From Setoptus koraiensis (taxonomy: Eukaryota; Animalia; Arthropoda), in assembly GCA_048013815.1 (NCBI GenBank), contig CM106585.1:15004001-15068000 (forward strand): DNA of 64,000 nucleotides. The letters are read 5' to 3'. A program made the translations under genes and the position numbers. Of the stretch, positions 23,356 through 35,250 are shown one piece after another (position 1 is the first letter of the stretch; each line of letters begins with the position of its first letter). Below the pieces are notes generated by a model. It was given only the letters and a program-made list of their open reading frames with translations, made no database searches and was not told where the DNA came from.

Positions 23356-25797
23356 AGTGCGTGCCGTTTTGTAGCGAGCCGTCGCGTTTGATGGCGCTCG
23401 GCCGGCCGAGCAACGGCGCTCGACGATTAAAGATCAACTGCAATAACTGTAATAAATGATCCGGCGATTGACGTGATACACTTTTCTCTTCTTTTATGCC
23501 GTTGTTATCGGCGCTGTTGTCGGCGCTGTTGTCGTGGTTGTAGTTGGTGTTGGCGCTGGCGTTGTCGTTGGCGGTGTCATCGGCGCGGGGGCAGGTGGCG
23601 CTCGTCGAGTCGTATAGTTTTATTCGCACTTGTTTTATTCCTGTCGTTTTATCCCTGTTTGTGCCTGTTTTATCCAGCGTCCAGCGGCCAATCGTTGCGA
23701 GTCGACCGGCCGGCCAATTGAGCGACAATTGGCCGGCAACGGCCCAGTGCAACTACTAAAAGTGATAACATAATAAGAGCACAGGTGAGAGGCCAGCAAA
23801 AGCAATTAAGTGCGCCTATCTCGTCGCCAGATCTGCGCCTTGTCCGTGCTGCTGGCCGTTGCGCGACGCTGGCCGCGGCCGGAGCGCGAGCGGACGAGAT
23901 GTCACAAATGTTTTTTATTTCGTGTGCTATCTCGGCCGATCTGATCTGGCGCTCGGACGCGCGCGCATCGCGCAAGCCACCGGTCGGGCTGCCGTCGAGC
24001 CAGATTGTTTATCTCTGATTCGCTGGTTCGCGGGTTCGCGGATTCGCTGGTTCGCGGATTCGCGGATTCGCGGATTCGCTGATTGTCTGATGGGCTGATT
24101 GTGCGGCGCGATGACGAAACGATGCGAGCGATAAAAAGAGCGATCCTAGCGCGACTGCGCCGCGGCCCGGCGACCAGCGCCAGAGACGGGACGCGACGAG
24201 ACGAGATGAACATATCAACAAGTCGCTAATAGACGTTTTCACCTTGATTTTATCTTTGTCGCTTTTTTATTTCCCTTCTTTATTGTGCTGTCTGTTTATT
24301 TATTCTGCTGCTGCTGCTGCCAGCGCCGTCTCATGTTGCATGCCGTTTGAGGTTCCTCGTTGGCCGCTTGTTCGCGGCCCGTTTACCTGTGCAGCATTTC
24401 GGCTGGCTCTGGCAGTTTCGCTCAGTTTCGCTGGTTTCGGCAGTTAGCTGGCTCTGGCAGTTAGCTGGCCGGTCGGCGCTGTCATTAGGCGGGTCGGTGG
24501 CAGCGCCAACCGGCCCGCTAATGATCGCCATACTCACTCGCCAGCTGATAGTGATTAAATGAGAAATAATTAATGATGCCCGCCGCTTATCTGCTCATCT
24601 GCTCGTACGCTTACGAGCGCTCACCTGTTGAGCCGCGCTGACCGTTCCATCATGCGATCCTTAGCTGTCTTGTCGCACAACAGTGACACTGCCAACGGTG
24701 ACACTGCCAACGGTGACGCTGCCAATCGGCTTATCTGCGCCCATCAATCGATCGCGGCCGCATTATTACCGGTGTCGGTGTCGCTATCGTTCGGCTCCAA
24801 ATGTCCACTGCGAGCGCCGCCATTGTAACGGGCCGAGACAATGCCACAGGTAGTGCACGAATTTCGGCCAGCAGGGCCGGCCGCGGGTTGGGTCGGCTCG
24901 CCGTTGTCCGCTCGCCGTCTCGCGTCCAGATTGTTGGATGCCCAAACTGGAGCAAACTGACCACTGCATGCGAACTGACCACTGCACGCAAACTGGTGCC
25001 GACTGTCGGCGGATTCGCGCCGGCTCGCTGCGGCTCGCATCGATTCGCTTCGGCCATTCGAAAAGTTATCGGCCAGAGCTGGCCGATTCGAGCCGCGTGC
25101 CGCACGTTCTTTCGTGGGCTCACAATGCCAAAGTGGTCCCGCATTAATTACGTGCTCGCCACTAGGTGCGCTGCCGTGGCCGTTGTTGCTGGCCCCATTA
25201 CCATTGATATACGGCTGCTCATAGTGCACACATTGGCATGTTTGTTAATTGGTGCATCAACAATCGCATCAACGGCTGACAAACAAACAAACAAGCAACG
25301 CCATTGCACCATTGGTAATATCCGACAGAGCGAATACAAGCCCGAATTGCGAGCGGCGCAACTCCACCTGGCGTGCGTTCGACCAGTTAGCGAACCAAAC
25401 ACTATTCAGAGAACACTGTCCAGCAAATACTGTTCAGCGAACACTATTTTGTAAATACTGTTCAGGTACAGTCTGGCCACCTCTTCAGCAAATAGGCGGC
25501 CTATATGCGCTCGGCCAGTTGCTCACCTTGCTTTTTGGCGTCTATATAATTGATATTATGTTGATGTTATTAGGTGGCTGCCAACACGGTTGCGCCATCA
25601 TTATTATGTAATGTGTGAGAACGTTTATTGCGACAACGAGCGGCAACGAGCTACAACGAGCGACACAGGCGGCGGCGGCGACGAGAAACAACAACGAGGA
25701 AACTGTTCGGAAAGTCGCAAGCTCCGGTTGGCGATCGAGGCATCCGTTAACTTTCGATGAGCTTGCGCGAATCGGCGCCGATTCGCACGGCCAGCGA

Positions 25798-25875
25798 CCA
25801 TTGCGAGACCATCGTGAGGCCATTGCGAGACCATCGTGAGGCCATTGCGAGACCATCGAGAGGCCATTGCGAGAC
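25798..25875. repeat. 22-mer array CCATTGCGAGACCATCGTGAGG x3.5
   Basis: Direct reading. Confidence 0.95.
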
Positions 25876-27530
25876 TAATGAGAGGCTATCGAGACTCTCG
25901 ATTCGAGAGACTGTCGGCAGGCTGCTGACAGACCGTTGATAGGCTGTCGAGAGACTGTTGGCACTTTTAGAGACTATTGAGACTATTTAGAGGCTATTTA
26001 GAGGCTATTTAGAGAGTGCTCGCAAGCGGGCTCACGGTGCGCCCGCCGACACGGGATGCGCGCCGGCCATTGATGGCCGCGCTCACTCTGGTGGCTGCGA
26101 CGACCGGCGACGACCGACGACAACCGGCGACAAACAAAAAACAAATGTCAAATGGCCGACCAGCAACAGGTCAACAGCTGATCATCTCAGGTGAGCACGA
26201 CTGTTGAGTCAACAGTGTTGAGCATGAGATTATCGCTCGTTATTGTGCCAATGTCAGCATGTCAGCGTGTCAACTGGCTGGCCATTGGTGACACTCGAAT
26301 CATTCGAGTCGAATGTTCATAATGCAACTCAAGTGTTTATAATGCCATGTGAGTGTTGACAGATCACGACAGCCAGCCAGTCTAATTGAATTTGAGCCGG
26401 CCGAGCGTTGGCCCGGCGAGCGATTTCCTCGGAAGGAAGTGACAAAAATAATGTCGTCACGGTCGTCATGTTGATGGGCTCGGGCTGATTACGCAACATG
26501 TGTGTAATTAGCGTTGCGCAAACAAAGTCTATTTATAGTCAACTGATACAACGACAACATGAGCTTGTCACACTGTGCGGTGACCATACAACAGACAGGT
26601 GAATATGCAACACACAGGCGACCATACAACAGACAGGTGACTATGCAGCAGACAGGTGAATATAAATGTAAATTAGTCGCTCGCTTCTGGCCTGGAAGTT
26701 GTCGGCCAAAGCTGCGCCGTTTGCAGCAGTGGCCCTCTGACGGCCAGTGCAGCGCAACGTAGGAGTTTAACAAACTATTAATTACCCAATCATTGCCGTG
26801 ATTGTGTGTCGACAGACTCCGTTGAGCGCACAACTTGAGGTGTTCGCCAGCTCGCCAGCTCGCCCGTCGCCAGCTCGCCAGCTCGCCCGTTCGCCAGGTG
26901 AGAGACGGGCCGCGAAGATTTATGAGTGATGGTTGGCATGCCAGCAGCCACATCCAGCGATATAATGAGCTCGGCGAGCAATTGCGCCGCGCCGTCTCAT
27001 GGTCACACTAATTAACACATTTAAATTTATGATGAGATCGTGCTTATCAATCTCTGTAATGGCGCTCGTTTTGCGTTTTGGCCATTTCCTCTGCGCTCTC
27101 AGTGCGCTGAGGATCTCTCAATGTATCGCCTCTCAGGCTGACAGTGTCAGCCGTGCCTGAGATGTGTCTGTCGGGCACAGCCGCTAAATACTGTCGGGTA
27201 CGGCCGCCGTGTATTGAGAGAGTAATGGCAACAGTAAAGCGTAATGATCGCCAAGGCAATCAAGCGGATATTTTCGTGTGCGCTGGCCGGCGCACTGGCG
27301 AGCGTTTACCGGCCGGCCGAGCCGGCCAATTAGAATTGTCGTTATTTGTTGCTCGGCGTTTGTTGTTTGCTGGCTCGGCCGGCGCTCGCAATTTCAGAAT
27401 GTCAGCCGCGCAGCCGGCAAACAGGATAAAACTATAAATGTCATGCCCCGAGCATAAATTGTCTCTCGCACAATGAGACGAGCCCAATTTGTCCGACGCT
27501 CGCCAGCGAATTCTTTCTATTTATGCCCGC

Positions 27531-27735
27531 GCATACCTGCCCATACCTGCCCATTGCTGCCTACATATCTGCCCATTGCCTACCCGCGTGCCTGCCTACA
27601 TACCTGGCTAGATACCTGCGAATACCAGCGTTTACCCGCGAATACCAGCGTTTACCTGCGAATACCAGCGCTTACCTGAGTATTACCTGCGCTTTACCTG
27701 CGCTTTACCTGCGCGTTACCTGCGCGTTACCTGTG
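27531..27735. repeat. Degenerate 10-11-mer array with 11 TACCTG cores
   Basis: TACCTG at 27534, 27544, 27601, 27613, 27653, 27673, 27684, 27695, 27706, 27717 and 27728. Confidence 0.9.
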
Positions 27736-30700
27736 TGGGTGCCTGTGCAAAATTGCAAAATTGTGAAATTGTGCGCGACATAAATCAGCGTGAATTTATC
27801 ATCACGCTGTTGACCGAGACTGTATGCGCATGTTCGTGCAAAATACAAGATACAAAATTGTTTCATGTGCGCCCTCGAGTCTCGACTCGTCATGCGGCCG
27901 CGTAGCGGGACATAGCGCCCATGGTGCCCGGCGCCGCCGCCGCTGTTTTTTGGGCCTGTTTGGCGTGTTGCGCCCACTGACAGCCCAGTGACAGCGCGGG
28001 CGACGGCCCGGCCGGCAACAAGTGCCCGGCCGGCAAAAAGTGCCCGGCAACGGCCGTCATTAATGTGTCAACATTGGCACACAAAAACTGGCCACGGTCA
28101 CAATGGTTGCAATGTCAATGTCAATGTCAATGTCAGCTGACCGCCGACATGTCGCACTGCGATCAGCTGCGCAATTATCGCCGCTGCATCAACTGTCCGT
28201 CAATAATGGCGTTTGTTTGTCGAGTGGCGCGCTAATGACGCTCGAACTCGACCCATTCGAGCGCTCGCTCGATTTGAGTTGGCCGAATTCGGCCGCATTG
28301 GCCAGAGCTTTCGGCCAAGTTGGCGGCACTTTTCGAGGCTGTCGAAAAGTGACAGAACGCGCACACGAGAGCCATCCGACACCCGACACCTGTGGGCCAA
28401 GTGTCAGCCCGTCAAGCGAGCGCCGGTTGTTTGTGCCAGCCAGTTGGCTGGTTATTTGGCTGTTTATTTGTTTGATTGTTTGTTTGTTTGTTGGCTTGTT
28501 TGCCGGTGCCAACTGTCAGCTTGCGCCAATTGTCGGCCGCTGGGGCGACCAGCCGAGAATTGGCCCCGGTGGCGTCGTGCTCGAGTTTGACGTTTCATGC
28601 CGCAGCGCCACTCAATGGCGCGCTGAGTGGCCGAGCGGACAGGTAACCAGCGTTCGAGAGCAATTATGTGCGAATCACGATCACAGCATCATTCTTTGGT
28701 CGTTCGTTGTCGCTCGGACTAGACAGTGCAGCGAGCTGTTTCGACGTGACGCTGCCCGTGACGCCCGCATCACACCGCCAACTGCGCCCCCTGCTCGAGT
28801 CGAGGCGCAAATGAGAAAAACTCAAAATGGTACGAACACTCCAGTCGAAATTAGTGTTTTCGTCAGCATGCGCCACAGTGCGTTCGTCAATAGTGTGGCG
28901 GGGGCCAGCGAGCGACCGCTCAAAGTGACGCCTGCCGTCAATGTGGCACTTCACACGCTCTGCCCACTGACCACTGACCGGTGCCCACTGACCACTGACC
29001 GGCGCCCACTGACCACTGAGCGGCGCGGCGCGGTGTTGCGACGCGTCCAGCGGCCGGTCAACGCCGCTGACCTGTGCAACCTATAGTTGCGCTGTGCCAC
29101 TCGAGCGCTCGCTCGCCGCCGGATCGCGCCAGTCGAACTTGCCGTCGAACTGCCGTCGAACTCACCTGTCGAACGCCGTCGACGAATTCTTTTTTCGCCC
29201 GACCAATTCCAATGTGCCGGCCACTCGCACCGGTTTGAATGTCACGCCCTTAGCGCCGAGCGGCCGGCCAGGCAAACTAAAAAACAAACAAACGGCCGGC
29301 AAGACGCCGGCTCGCAACCCTGCGAAATCGCCTGAAATCGCACGAAATCGCATGCAATGGCATGATCGATACACGGCCAGCCATATATAAATATTGCGCA
29401 GTCAATGAGTGTTATGACAGAGACGAGATTATTTGCAGGGGCAGCAGCAGCAGACCATCGATCATTGTCATGACGGCAAATTGCGCGCCAATTGCCGGCC
29501 CGAAAAACAATGGCGGCCGCAACGGCAGCCCGACGGGCTATTCGATTACCATGCATAATATTATTATTACAACAACACAATGTTACATAATAATCAACTC
29601 GACTTATTGGCTTATCTCTCGGCGTTTATCTCTGTCGGCTCGTTCGTGATGCTCACTCTAAATATTGGCAGCACAGTAGACAAAAACAATGCCAATGTCA
29701 CTAGAGGCTCGCCAAACGCCAAACGCACTTTGCCCAAACTTGATCTGTGCCCATTTGCTCGCTGCCAGAGCCCAGAACCAGCCAACTGACCGGCTGACCG
29801 GCTCGCTGTGTCCCGCAATTTACAAATGATGAGCGATTTGACTCGCTACTTCCTAATTGCAATTTATAAATTTATAAAAATAAATGATGATAATGATAAC
29901 CGAGAGCCGGCTCGCCGACTCGGACGGCCAGTGAGCGGTCATTCCGGCGCGACTCGGCAATGTTGATTCACCGATGATGGGCTCGGCGGGACTGCGAACG
30001 GGCAATCGGGCGAACGGGCAGACGGGCAAATGGGCAAATTGGCGAGCCGCCCGTGAGAGCAAAAAGATTTTTCGCGCTCGCTGCTGTGTCGCCGCTGCAG
30101 ATTAGCCAACTTTCAGGCCGACTGTCGGGCCGACCTCCGGGCCGACCGGACCGACTATAGCGGCTGGACCGACTGGCTGGCACTCGCTGGGAACAACTGG
30201 ATAAATTCGCCCGGTGTGTGTCGTTTTTTGGCGCTAATCCCGGCAAATTGCTGAGAGAAAAGTCTATTTGGATCTCGATCGGGCGGCCGGCTGGCGAGTT
30301 GCGAACGGTTTGGCCGGAGGAAACGTCTTCATTGTTGCCGTTGCGCAATTTGTTGCCGTTGACCACTCTAAAACAAACACAAGCGCCATTGTGCTAGCTG
30401 CCGACGGTCAGTGGACGGTTGTTGCTGGCGCTCGTTGTGGGCTAACCTTGAATTGCGAGTGGCGGCCAGTCCATTGTTGGCGCTGCCGTTCGCGGAATCG
30501 CCGACAATTGCGCAATTGTGCGCCGTCGATTCTCGCAGGTAAATTGCGCATGCAGCAACAACAATCAGAGCTGCTCCTCTCGCTGATTCACAAGGGCAGT
30601 GGCCGTATTACGTTGTTGTTGTTGCTGTTGCTGCCGCCGCTGTTGTTGTTGTTGTTGCTGCTGCTGGGCGAGTATTTGCTCACAGCGAAAACGAGCTAAA

Positions 30701-31396
30701 AACAACAAACAACGCCAATGGATGAAATGTTAACAACGCTGCCCGATTACGCAAGCGATCGTGGTCGTGCGCATTCCTGTTGCCCCGGCAACGGCTAATA
30801 TCGCGACGCGGCAATCTCGACAACAACAACAACAATTGTTACGATCAATCAGATGGGACACTAACGATTTGATCGAATCAGTGCCGTCATCAATCTGCCG
30901 GCGTGGCGCATCGGATGGGCACAAGCTCGCATCGCGCTCGGGACGATGCACTTGTCGACGGGCCGGGCCAAAAGTCGCCATCTGATGGACAACTTTTGAC
31001 AACTTTTTTTTCAAACAAGCTGCCGAATGGCGTCACACACCGTGCCCGTTCGGTGGAGCCATGCGGCACCGGCTCGATTGTGTCATGAATGAACCTGTCG
31101 GCCGGCAACGGCAACCTGTTGCTGCGACAGCAACAACAGCAACAACAACAACAACGCGCTGTCACAGTTGAAGTGTCGGCTGGCAGCAGCCCGATTGACA
31201 TATCGCCGACTGACGCATCGCCGACTGACGCATCGCCAATTGACGTCGCCAATTGACGTGATTGGCGAATTTGATAATTGCGCCCCTTCTTTTGATCTGG
31301 TTTGATCTGGTCGGCGGCTCGATCAAGCGACAGTGTCGATATAGTTTCGCGCGACAACTTTCCTTTCGAGCCGAGTGCGCATCGGCCGCTTGTTTG

Positions 31397-31497
31397 CGCA
31401 CTGTCGCCGGCCTGTCAAGCGGTCAGCTGAGCGGCCTGCGCACTGTCAAGCGGTCAGCTGAGCCGGCCTGCGCACTGTCAAGCGGTCAGCTGACTTG
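31397..31497. repeat. 31-32-mer array (GCACTGTCAAGCGGTCAGCTGAGCGGCCTGC) x~3
   Basis: Direct reading. Confidence 0.85.
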
Positions 31498-31822
31498 TGA
31501 GCAGCTTGACAGTTGTCGCTGCTGTTGCGACAGCGGCGTCGGTCAAAAGCGAAAGCCGCCGACAATGGCCGCTGCGAGTCGGCGGGCGGCTTTCAGCGTG
31601 CGCCCGGTCACGCCCTCGCCCGGCTCTCGGGCGTTTCAGCGGGCGGCGGTAACGACGCCGCCGTGAGCGGATAATGAGCGGCGATTCGTGTCGCGGCGAC
31701 CCACTGAACGGTCACCTGACTTGTGACACTCACAAGTTGTGAGTGTCGCAACAAGTCGCCGGCTATTATTATCGATCTGACAATTGCCAGTGTGTGTGCG
31801 TTACCTATTTTTGGCCGCACTT

Positions 31823-31945
31823 GTCGCCGAGCCGCCAATTGTGAGCTGACAATTGTGAACTGACAGTCGCGCACTGACAGTCGCCGAGCCGCCAATTGTG
31901 AGCTGACAATTGTGAACTGACAGTCGCGCACTGACAGTCGCCGAC
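31823..31945. repeat. 57-bp tandem duplication x2.2
   Basis: GTCGCCGAGCCGCCAATTGTGAGCTGACAATTGTGAACTGACAGTCGCGCACTGACA at 31823 and 31880. Confidence 0.95.
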
Positions 31946-33745
31946 TGACAATTGTGAATGGGGCGTCTCTGTTGGCGAGTTGCGTCGGCTTCGGCGGCCA
32001 CTTTCCAGCTCGAGCGCACAACTCGATGAATGGAGCCGCCGACGCGCAAGACGACACGCCAGACGGCGCACAAGATTGCACACAAGACGGCGCACGAGAC
32101 ACGAGACTTTGTCGTTGGAAACGGACGACAAACAAAGAGATATAAACAACGACGGAGCCAATGACCCTCGCCAATGTTGCCCGACAAGAGCCCATCTGAC
32201 AGGTGCCGGTGACGTCTCCATCGGCGGCGCTTGTTTGCTTGTTTGCTCTGGCCGGTCGCTTTCTGGCTCGGCTCGCCGACCGCGCCATTCCTGTGCGATA
32301 CCCACGCCGATAACCACCGAAGCATCCACCGAATCACCGCCGAAGCACCCGCCGAAGTGCCCGCCGAAGTACCCGCCGAAGTGCCCAGCGAAACATCGGC
32401 GAAACATCCACCGAAGCGTCGCCGACAGGTCACCTGTGCGAGCGGCGCAGGCAGGCGCGGGCAGGCGCGGGCAGGCGATTTAATTTTTATCAATTGCCGG
32501 TCGTCATGGCAACAATTGGCGTCTGGCCCGGCCGGCGCTCGCAATTACATAACAATTGTATCATTCACAATTATATGGCGATATGTAGTTCATTTGCTGG
32601 CCAGCAGCGGCGCTCGTATACGTCGACGAGCGTCGCCGACTTGTCGCTTGGTCGCCGCTTGGCGCACAGTCGTCGCTGTCTCGTAATGACTCCGGCGACG
32701 CCAAGTTGATTGCGCCGACGAGCCATGCCAATTATATAACGAGCCATAAACATATCTGCTCAGCAGATTGCGCTGCTCGGTGTTTATGGCAACGAGCCAC
32801 TGCGAAACTATTAACGCAATCGCGCTTGGTTACGCATCAGATATGAATGAAAACAACGGCCAGTCTGTAAGCTCTCTCTCGCTCTCTGGCTGCGTCTCTC
32901 TCTGTGGCTTCGTCTCTCTCTGTGGCTTCGTCTCTCTCTCTGTGGCTTCGTCTATCTCGGGCCGCGTCTCTCGGCCGGCCGGCGAGCGGGCGAGCCGGCG
33001 AGCAATTGCCCGCAACTGCTCATCGGTGCCCGTCGCCGCTCTGGGCCGCTCTCTGCGCGCAAAACATTTTTGCAGCGGACAAAAGCGTTGTGATGCACCA
33101 TTTAGCCCGGCATAAGTTGTACGCAACTGATACAAGTTGCATGATGCAACGGCTGCTGGCTCGCCGGCGCACGCTGAGCTTGCCATTCGGTGCGGCGCGC
33201 GGTCAGCCGGCGTGTCTATCAGCGGGCGCATCTCTCGCCCGAGCACATCCGCAATCCGCACCGAAAATGGCCCGTGCAAAGTGCACAAATAGAGAGCCAG
33301 AGTTTTGCAGTTACTTGCAGTGCCGCAGCAAGTAAGACCCCACAGAGAGAGAGAGAGCGACAGACGGCGCGGATTGTACGGGCCGGGGGACGCGCTCCAC
33401 TTGCTGGCAGCACATTAAAATGGCAGTGTGAGTGTATAATGATAATAGCGACGCTAATGGCAGACATAACAAGATAGTTACGTGACCACGTTAACTACGA
33501 CAAACAATCGTCGTGCCTGTCGAAGCCACCATGAGGGCCCGTTCGAAGCCGCCGGGCGACAGCGAAATCTGGCGAGTTGCATCAATTGTTGGCTGCTCGC
33601 TTCACCGCCAGCCACTTTGTGTTTGATATATTTGTTGTGCAGTCTGCGACTGCTCTAGCGACCATAATATACACTCTACACCAGCCATTGTTTGTGCGCG
33701 CCGAGCGACGTAAATATCCGCACACACTGCCATATATATCTGCCA

Positions 33746-33843
33746 TATCCACGCTATATCCACGCTATATCCATGCCATATCCACGCTATATCCATGCCA
33801 TATCCATGCCATATCCACGCTATATCCATGCCATATCCATGCG
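33746..33843. repeat. 11-mer two-variant minisatellite TATCCACGCTA / TATCCATGCCA x9
   Basis: Order A A B A B B A B B'. Confidence 0.95.
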
Positions 33844-34423
33844 TCATGCACGGCGTGGATGCGCAAATGGCAAACTGAATGCCGGGCACACAAACTGCAA
33901 TATGGCGCAACAACAGATCAACTTATCGCCCCAATTAAAGTGAGTCATTCGCGGAGAATTTGGCCCATTATCACTTAACTGACAACGACACACCGTCACC
34001 GTGAGCGCCTCTCGCGGCCAGTGGTCGCAACTATACTATGTACTAGTACGCCTATACTATGCGACCTATAGGCCAATAGTGTCACCTACATGTCACTAGA
34101 TACATCTAGTGACTAGATTGACTGGCTGATTAGGTGAGCAAGTGGCCGACAGCAAATGACGGCAAACGACAGCGCCAAGACCAACTGAAACTACCAGGGC
34201 TGCTGGCGGCCCCTAGCGGCCCTTGGGCGGAAACTGTTTGGTTGTGTCGCTGCAAAAAGCTGACATGGTGAAATGTCTTTGATTGGGGCTCGCTTTATTT
34301 GGGGGATTTCACTGCAAATTGATGGATCGATTTGAGAGGGTCGCGCCACCGGGTCGCAACTGGCGGCCACGTGCTACGTGCGACCCGATAATATGCGAGC
34401 CCATAATGGTGCGAGTCGACAAC

Positions 34424-34471
34424 AGTGCGACCTGATAATAGTGCGACCTGATAATAATGCGACCTGATAAT
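34424..34471. repeat. 16-mer array AGTGCGACCTGATAAT x3
   Basis: Direct reading. Confidence 0.9.
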
Positions 34472-35156
34472 AATGTGAGCCGTTCGCGAATGCGATCGGT
34501 GCCGTCGCTTCGACTGGCTGCAGTCCGACGACCAACGACGACTAATAACAATGGTAATGATAATGATATGTGAATGGCACTGACACTGCATGAATGGCAG
34601 CATGAAATTGAGCCAATTGCTGCGCGACTCGAGCATGTGTGTAATGTGTCGCTAATGTGTGCTGGCCGAACTTGGAATCGGCGGCACCGAATTTCGAATC
34701 GGCGCTCCGAACTTGGAATCGCCAGCCACTTGGACTGGAAGCTGGGAGCTGCAAGTCGGAGGTTCGAGATTCCAAGTTGCTGCTGGCGACAAACAATGCG
34801 ACCAGCAACAATGCCGATCGCTTCTGTCAGGCGTGCGCAGCGCCACCGGTTGCTGCCGGCCCGTTGCGACAATGGGGCCCACGACGGACAGCGGACGCGA
34901 CTGTTTTTTGCGGCCAGCAGCCATTGTTGCGAACTGGGCCCAATGTGCGCGCCAGACCGATTGTCTGGCGCGTCCGAGCGCATGATCGCGCTCGCGCGTA
35001 TTGAATGTCGATGTGGGCTCGTGTATCGAGTGGCCGCGAACGGTCAGCGGCCACTGAGAGGATATTAGCAGCTTAATTGGAAGTGTCAAGTAATCACGCT
35101 GATCGAAGCAGCGCCATCGGCCACTCGAGCCGCCGTGAGCATCGTTTGCCAGCGCG

Positions 35157-35250
35157 CGATACCGGGCCAGCGCGATACCGGGCCGGCGCGATATCGGGCC
35201 AGTGCGATACCGGGCCAGTGCGATACCGGGCCGGCGCGATATCGGGCCAA
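35157..35250. repeat. 16-mer array CGATA(C/T)CGGGCC(A/G)G(C/T)G x6
   Basis: Direct reading. Confidence 0.95.

Noticed and set aside
27531-27735. Assigning the CAGGTA cluster specifically to Zelda
   Set aside because: Zelda is described as pancrustacean and the organism looks chelicerate, so the motif alone cannot identify the factor.
34110-34132. TGACTAGA (miR-279 family seed)
   Set aside because: The rest of the sequence does not match and the fold has a large asymmetric bulge.
6459-35250. Regular repeat arrays as possible CRISPR arrays
   Set aside because: Head-to-tail tandem units with no unique spacers, no cas genes and a eukaryotic context.
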